Source: an uncultured virus (IMG/VR IMGVR_UViG_3300032326_002378) (lineage: Duplodnaviria; Heunggongvirae; Uroviricota; Caudoviricetes). Taken from it: a DNA stretch of 64,000 nucleotides. Below, piece by piece: positions 59,492 to 64,000 of the stretch (position 1 is the first letter of the stretch; every line of letters starts with the position of its first letter). Both the position numbers and the translations under genes were made by a program. The DNA is taken from the IMG/VR virus record IMGVR_UViG_3300032326_002378. One strand, given 5' to 3'. The notes under the pieces are model-generated. The model was given only the letters and a program-made list of their open reading frames with translations, had not been told where the DNA came from and did not search any database.

Positions 59492-61080
59492 TGTTTTTAG
59501 ATGAATTAACTCCTGAACGTGCTTTGGTATCACATGGTTATTTAGGGACAAAAGGTGATATGGGCTATCCTATTATCCCTTCAATTAATGGAATCAATTT
59601 TAATAGATGCTTAAGCGCTCATGCAAGCTCAATCCTTAAATATAAGTTATCAAAAAAATACAAATCTTTTCACTCTTATATAGGTCTTAATGATTCATCT
59701 TCATTTGATGCAAGAGTAGTTTTTCAAGTTCTATGTGATTCAAAAATTGTTTATGAAAGCTCTGAAATTAAAGTATACGACAAAATAATTCCAATTGAAA
59801 TAAGCTTAGAGAATTGTGAATATCTAGAATTGAGATGCATAAACAAAGGAAGTAGCTTTGCGCATTCTGTATGGATTAACCCACAAATTAATGAAGAATT
59901 ATTAAAAGTATTCACAGGGCCTTTTAATAATTCAAAAGCGCATTTAGATTTCGAAAAAAGAAAATCTAACATAGCGGTAGTTTTGTTTGCTACAGAAAAT
60001 GTATCTCAATACCTCTACACTTTTATAAAATCATTCAAAACAAACTCAAAGCTAGAAGATTATGAAATATACATCACATGTCCAGACAATTCAAGTACAG
60101 TTAAAAATATTTCCAAGCACTTCGACTGTGTTTTTGTAAAATTAGAACCAACTGTAAATTACCATGTCAAATCGCTTGTTGATTTGAAAGATGCTGCTTA
60201 CTTACTTGCTAAACACATAGACTGTAATTTTGTAATAATTTCGGACATAGACATTATTATTAATGGCGACTTAAACCCAAGTCTAATTGAGAATAAGATA
60301 GGCATTTGTAGAGATTACAACACAGAAAAGTTTTCTTTTGGTCAGCTGATTGAAGCAGAGTGGAGTGCATACAATGGAAATGAGAAAAGTAAAGAACTTT
60401 TAAAGCTAAGTCAAGATGAGTTTGAAAACAAATCGATCATTAATTGTGGATATGTAACTGCTGACAAGAAAACATTAAGTATTTTAGATTCTGAATTGAG
60501 AAAAATGCTGCCGTTTTCTCAATTTTATTTGTTTGAAAATAACGGATCTTTCTGTAGAGAACAAGCTCTAATTAATTTAGGTTTGATCAGGTCTAACAAT
60601 TTTGAAATACTAGACGATACATTCAACCACCAATTGCTACATGCTGATCCAAATGATTCAACTGTAATTCACTTAAATGGAAAAGAAAGTAAACAAAAAT
60701 ATAAATATTTAATTGATGAATGGTTGGATAACGAGTTTGATGATCTTAAAAAATCACTCATAGAAAAAGAAATTAAAAATAAAAATAAAGTACTAAATTG
60801 GACTAATGAGCATATAAATCATACAATTAAATTAGATTTTAATGATTTTGTGTCAGCTAAAAAATTGATCAATGAAGATCTTGATTTAGTGTTTGTTGAT
60901 CTAAGAAGAGATGTGGCTAACCTTAAAATAGTCATTCATCTTATCGAAAAATATCTTGAAAAAGGAAAAGTCATTGGTCTTTGCTCAAATCAAGAATACA
61001 AAAACCTAGAAGCAATTAAATGCAATTATGAAGTTATTGGAGAACATGGGCATTTGCTACTAGTCCATATAAAAAAATAA
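59491..61080 (+). CDS. NPCBM/NEW2 carbohydrate-binding domain fused to GT8-like glycosyltransferase
   Basis: LSAHASS...IGLND...VVFQV...HSVWINPQI (NPCBM); DIDII, INCG, EQALINL, FN, VIHLNG (GT8-like). Confidence 0.75.
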   Translation: MFLDELTPERALVSHGYLGTKGDMGYPIIPSINGINFNRCLSAHASSILKYKLSKKYKSFHSYIGLNDSSSFDARVVFQVLCDSKIVYESSEIKVYDKIIPIEISLENCEYLELRCINKGSSFAHSVWINPQINEELLKVFTGPFNNSKAHLDFEKRKSNIAVVLFATENVSQYLYTFIKSFKTNSKLEDYEIYITCPDNSSTVKNISKHFDCVFVKLEPTVNYHVKSLVDLKDAAYLLAKHIDCNFVIISDIDIIINGDLNPSLIENKIGICRDYNTEKFSFGQLIEAEWSAYNGNEKSKELLKLSQDEFENKSIINCGYVTADKKTLSILDSELRKMLPFSQFYLFENNGSFCREQALINLGLIRSNNFEILDDTFNHQLLHADPNDSTVIHLNGKESKQKYKYLIDEWLDNEFDDLKKSLIEKEIKNKNKVLNWTNEHINHTIKLDFNDFVSAKKLINEDLDLVFVDLRRDVANLKIVIHLIEKYLEKGKVIGLCSNQEYKNLEAIKCNYEVIGEHGHLLLVHIKK

Positions 61081-61081
61081 A

Positions 61082-62425
61082 ATGAAAGAATTAGAAGTAC
61101 AAAAATATTTGAGATCAGGAAAGTCTCTGATCAACTTAAGGCAAGAATATAAAATTGATTTTACTGTCAATACCGAACAAAACTCTGTGGTATTGAATTA
61201 CAGTCCTTTGACTCCAATGACAACACAAATTGGCAAAGAAAGTAGAGCTTTAATTCTTGATCTTGATAATTGGAATGTAATAGCCAAATCAATGGATGCT
61301 TTTGATGTCCCTACTAGCCTCAAAACACCAGGTATTATCGAAGATTTTGATTGGAATAGTGCTTTTGCTATTCCCAAGTATGATGGATGTTTAATGATGC
61401 TGTATTTCCATCAAAATCAATGGTTTATAGGAACAAGATTTTCCACTGACAGCAATTGTAATGTGTACTCACCTAACTCTGGAGAAACAGATTTAAAGTG
61501 GATTGACTTGTTCAAACAAATCATTGAAGATTACGGATATACATTTGAAGAATTTACAGCCAATTTTTCCAAAGACAAATATTACAGCTTTGAGCTATGT
61601 AGTAGATTTAATAGGAACATAGTTATTTACGAAGAGTCCTTAATCAAGATTATCTCAATTGTTGATGCGAAAACACTTGAAGAGATAAACATTGATAGTT
61701 TTCACTTAACAGAGTTTCTACCTGAAAAAATCAAAGTTAATAATTTAAAAGAAGTTTATGACTTAATCAATCTAAATGACAACCCAATTGAAGTGGAAGG
61801 TTTTGTAGTAGTTGACTCTAGCTTCAAACGATTAAAAGTTAAGAATGACAAATATACTAATTTAGGATTTAAATCTTACAGCACTGATGATATCAAAGCA
61901 CTTAAAGAATACGCTTCGATAATTTTGTCAACTCCAAGCATTACTGAATGGTATTGCGTTACATGTAATCCACAACCAGGGTATGGAGCTCCTTCAAATA
62001 ATTGTGTTGAAGTACCAATTGGAGAAAATCTATTCTTTCCGCCAGAACAAGGATGTGTAGTGACCGGACCGTATTCAACATCTGCAGAATGTACCAATAA
62101 TTGTTTAGGATTCATTGGAGATTTTGGAGAGTCAAGTATCCAATCAAACAAAATGTGTTCAACTCAATGGAGTCCAAAGAATAAATCAAGTAAAGAACCA
62201 ATTTCATTAGTAAATCAATTTGTTGAAATGCTAAATTGGTTTAGCAACAACTATATTAGTTACAAGATTACAAATAATGAATCTATCAAAAATCTTCTAT
62301 GTTTAGTTTGGGAATATGCATTCTTCCAAATGGAATCAGGAAAGAGTATTAGTGAAATTATTAATTCTTCAAGTGAAGTAGATCAAATCTTAGCTTTGGA
62401 GAAATTTGAACAATTAGTAAAATAA
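61082..62425 (+). CDS. T4 Rnl1-type RNA ligase with Cys-rich insertion
   Basis: ESRALIL, KYDG (motif I), FEL, EGFVV, RLKVKN. Confidence 0.8.
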   Translation: MKELEVQKYLRSGKSLINLRQEYKIDFTVNTEQNSVVLNYSPLTPMTTQIGKESRALILDLDNWNVIAKSMDAFDVPTSLKTPGIIEDFDWNSAFAIPKYDGCLMMLYFHQNQWFIGTRFSTDSNCNVYSPNSGETDLKWIDLFKQIIEDYGYTFEEFTANFSKDKYYSFELCSRFNRNIVIYEESLIKIISIVDAKTLEEINIDSFHLTEFLPEKIKVNNLKEVYDLINLNDNPIEVEGFVVVDSSFKRLKVKNDKYTNLGFKSYSTDDIKALKEYASIILSTPSITEWYCVTCNPQPGYGAPSNNCVEVPIGENLFFPPEQGCVVTGPYSTSAECTNNCLGFIGDFGESSIQSNKMCSTQWSPKNKSSKEPISLVNQFVEMLNWFSNNYISYKITNNESIKNLLCLVWEYAFFQMESGKSISEIINSSSEVDQILALEKFEQLVK

Positions 62426-62430
62426 TACTA

Positions 62431-62459
62431 AAGGTTAAATTTATTTCTTTTATATAATC
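62431..62459 (+). promoter_or_regulatory. Variant motif AAGG-N19-ATAAT (also contains TATAAT)
   Basis: AAGG ttaaatttatttcttttat ATAATC upstream of 62544. Confidence 0.4.
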
Positions 62460-62543
62460 TTTATAGTATTAATACTAATTACTGTATTAAATAGAATTCC
62501 CTTAATTATCGGGTGTTAAAAAAAAGAAAAAGTTGGAGCAATT

Positions 62544-62975
62544 ATGAGCAGTAACATTAAAGCAGCGTTGAAGAACATCAAGCCTAAAGTGGCTTCCAAA
62601 TCAGGCATCACTCAAAGAGTTGCTCAGATGTTGGATGAAATGAACCAATTTGATACGATGGGTGCAACAGACATGATGGGTGGGTTAGATAGCATTGAAA
62701 CAAACAATAGCATCAATTATGTAAACCCAGATGCACCTTATGGCAGCGCAAACATTTCAAAATATGCACTTCCTAGAGAAGACAACGATGTTCAGACCGA
62801 TTCTAATCACACCATCCATACTTTCAAAATTGACATTAAGACCCCTAAGGGAGACACATTCCCAAAGTCTGATGTAATGAAAGCAGTTGGCGATGCAGTG
62901 GAAGGTTTGGGTAATATGGAAGTGATGGGCTTTTCATATCAAAAGGCAGATAAGGAAGGCTCAAAGAAATCCTAG
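62544..62975 (+). CDS. Hypothetical protein
   Basis: 143 aa, GGAG SD; N-terminal KVA/RVAQ motifs. Confidence 0.75.
   Translation: MSSNIKAALKNIKPKVASKSGITQRVAQMLDEMNQFDTMGATDMMGGLDSIETNNSINYVNPDAPYGSANISKYALPREDNDVQTDSNHTIHTFKIDIKTPKGDTFPKSDVMKAVGDAVEGLGNMEVMGFSYQKADKEGSKKS
62943..62970 (+). promoter_or_regulatory. WAGG-N18-AGAA candidate phage promoter
   Basis: AAGG cagataaggaaggctcaa AGAAAT, 16 nt before ATG 62985. Confidence 0.5.
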
Positions 62976-62984
62976 GAGCCATAA

Positions 62985-63533
62985 ATGTCGGAACAAGATA
63001 TCAAGAAGCTGCGTCATTCGTTTACTAACCCTTTTCGTGAAGACTTACCAAAGCCCAAAATTAATCAGTTTGGGCATACAATTTTGACCGATAGTGATAT
63101 TTGTGAGTTAGATCTTTCAGAGTTCAAAATAGAGCAAAATCCTGATGGTTCTGTAACCTTGAACAAACCATTGATGCAGAGCTTTATAGAGACATACGTT
63201 CAGCATTCTGAATCAGAACCAGAAAATTCTGAAGTATTTATTCAACCAGTTGAAAGTGATTTATTAACAAAACTTATTTCAGAACTCGATGACATGAAAG
63301 AAGATAAATCAAAACCTTTCTTGAAAACAAGTGCTTCTGAAATTGATACGGCAAAAACTACTCAAAACGTAATGAAATCCTGTGCAAATGAAAAATGCTT
63401 GTACGGTTTGCCAAAGGAAGCTACGTTTTGTTTGAAATGTGGAACTTATCAAGCCCCTAAATTTTGCACAGAATGTGGATTTAAGTTTCCAGGAATGGAA
63501 AAGTTCTGCCCTGATTGTGGAACAAAAAGATAG
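62985..63533 (+). CDS. Double zinc-ribbon protein
   Basis: C-terminal CANEKC, FCLKCG, FCTECG, FCPDCG; AGGAG SD. Confidence 0.85.
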   Translation: MSEQDIKKLRHSFTNPFREDLPKPKINQFGHTILTDSDICELDLSEFKIEQNPDGSVTLNKPLMQSFIETYVQHSESEPENSEVFIQPVESDLLTKLISELDDMKEDKSKPFLKTSASEIDTAKTTQNVMKSCANEKCLYGLPKEATFCLKCGTYQAPKFCTECGFKFPGMEKFCPDCGTKR

Positions 63534-63558
63534 GTATTGACAACAATTTACGAGAAAA
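63531..63558 (+). promoter_or_regulatory. WAGG-N18-AGAA candidate phage promoter
   Basis: TAGG (overlaps TAG stop) tattgacaacaatttacg AGAAAA, 10 nt before ATG 63567. Confidence 0.6.
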
Positions 63559-63566
63559 TCTAGATT

Positions 63567-64000
63567 ATGAAACGTACATGGTACCAAACTGCCAAAGAAT
63601 GCACTGCGCTCAGAAAAAATACTTTGAGGGTTGACCTTGCCGTTTTTGTTGACGATGAAAAATCATTCACATCTCAAAATGTACTAATGTCAACTGTAAA
63701 GTCGTTTCTTACAGCTGCAATTATCAAAGGTATTGATGTAATTGGTGTCTTATCAGCAGTAAATCCTAATGTTGGCTGGATTGCTTATCAAATGGCAATT
63801 GATCAACAAATGGATGTTGCAGTATTGCCTGGTCAGGTATACAAGTGTTCTACTGGCGAAATCCTTTACGTTTACAAAATACGTGAAACAATGAAGCCTG
63901 GACTTGATCTTCCCAAAGCATGTGCCTTTGCTCACAAACTTGGAGGTTATGTAGTTGCTACAGCGTTAACCAAAAAGAAAGTTGCTCAGTTAGACAAGCT
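63567..64000 (+). CDS. PHP-fold-like protein lacking metal ligands (3' truncated; not in ORF track)
   Basis: Open from ATG 63567 to the window end: LRVDLAVF...AIIKGIDVIGV...VLPG...AHKLGGYVVA follows the PHP strand order. Confidence 0.6.
   Translation, partial: MKRTWYQTAKECTALRKNTLRVDLAVFVDDEKSFTSQNVLMSTVKSFLTAAIIKGIDVIGVLSAVNPNVGWIAYQMAIDQQMDVAVLPGQVYKCSTGEILYVYKIRETMKPGLDLPKACAFAHKLGGYVVATALTKKKVAQLDK

Noticed and set aside
63537..63566. TTGACA-N18-TAGATT sigma70-like promoter
   Set aside because: The -10 abuts the ATG, so the TSS would fall inside the ORF; the overlapping TAGG-N18-AGAA motif fits better.
644..63935. Short alternative-frame and antisense ORFs in the track (e.g. 644..1039, 3451..3981, 25309..25608, 39428..39826, 55882..56121, 63309..63587)
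   Set aside because: They lie largely or fully within longer genes that have recognisable motifs or coupling, and show no convincing SD or family features; treated as shadow ORFs.
1..64000. Stop-codon reassignment, as seen in some huge phages
   Set aside because: TAA, TAG and TGA all terminate well-delimited genes and coding density is high under the standard code.
1..64000. CRISPR array, tRNA/rRNA, DGR or IS element
   Set aside because: No regularly spaced direct repeats, cloverleafs, reverse transcriptase or transposase seen by eye; intergenic gaps are short. tRNAscan-SE/Infernal would be needed to exclude small RNAs.

Overview
AT-rich (roughly 30-33% GC by eye), gene-dense, standard-code DNA with Shine-Dalgarno sites and overlapping start/stop codons, most consistent with a 64 kb segment of an uncultured large (jumbo/huge) tailed bacteriophage. 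Left end (+): small virion proteins and two paralogous tail-tube-like genes closed by a bidirectional terminator. 3.9-15.2 kb (mostly -): host-like accessory genes (degenerate DUF151 nuclease, MerC-family protein, RNase HII, DnaK, SF2 helicase, holin-like protein, DnaJ, free-standing HNH endonuclease, trypsin-like protease, signal peptidase I, subtilisin). 15.2-55.8 kb (-): a co-directional block of very large modular virion/tail-tip proteins (up to 3056 aa; beta-propeller, vWA, PA14, tail-fibre-type domains) plus long helical proteins. Right end (+): zinc-ribbon proteins, a putative neck protein, a glycosylation cluster, a T4 Rnl1-type RNA ligase and a degenerate PHP-fold protein. Main unannotated signals: a recurrent bipartite WAGG-N18-AGAA motif upstream of many genes (candidate phage sigma-factor promoter), a second leaderless -10 class before dnaK/dnaJ/helicase, a three-protease plus DnaK/DnaJ module next to the giant virion genes, a repeated KFVK[IV]A peptide motif, and four ORFs missed by the ORF track. 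No tRNA, rRNA or CRISPR array was seen. All family calls are by-eye motif recognition, not database searches.
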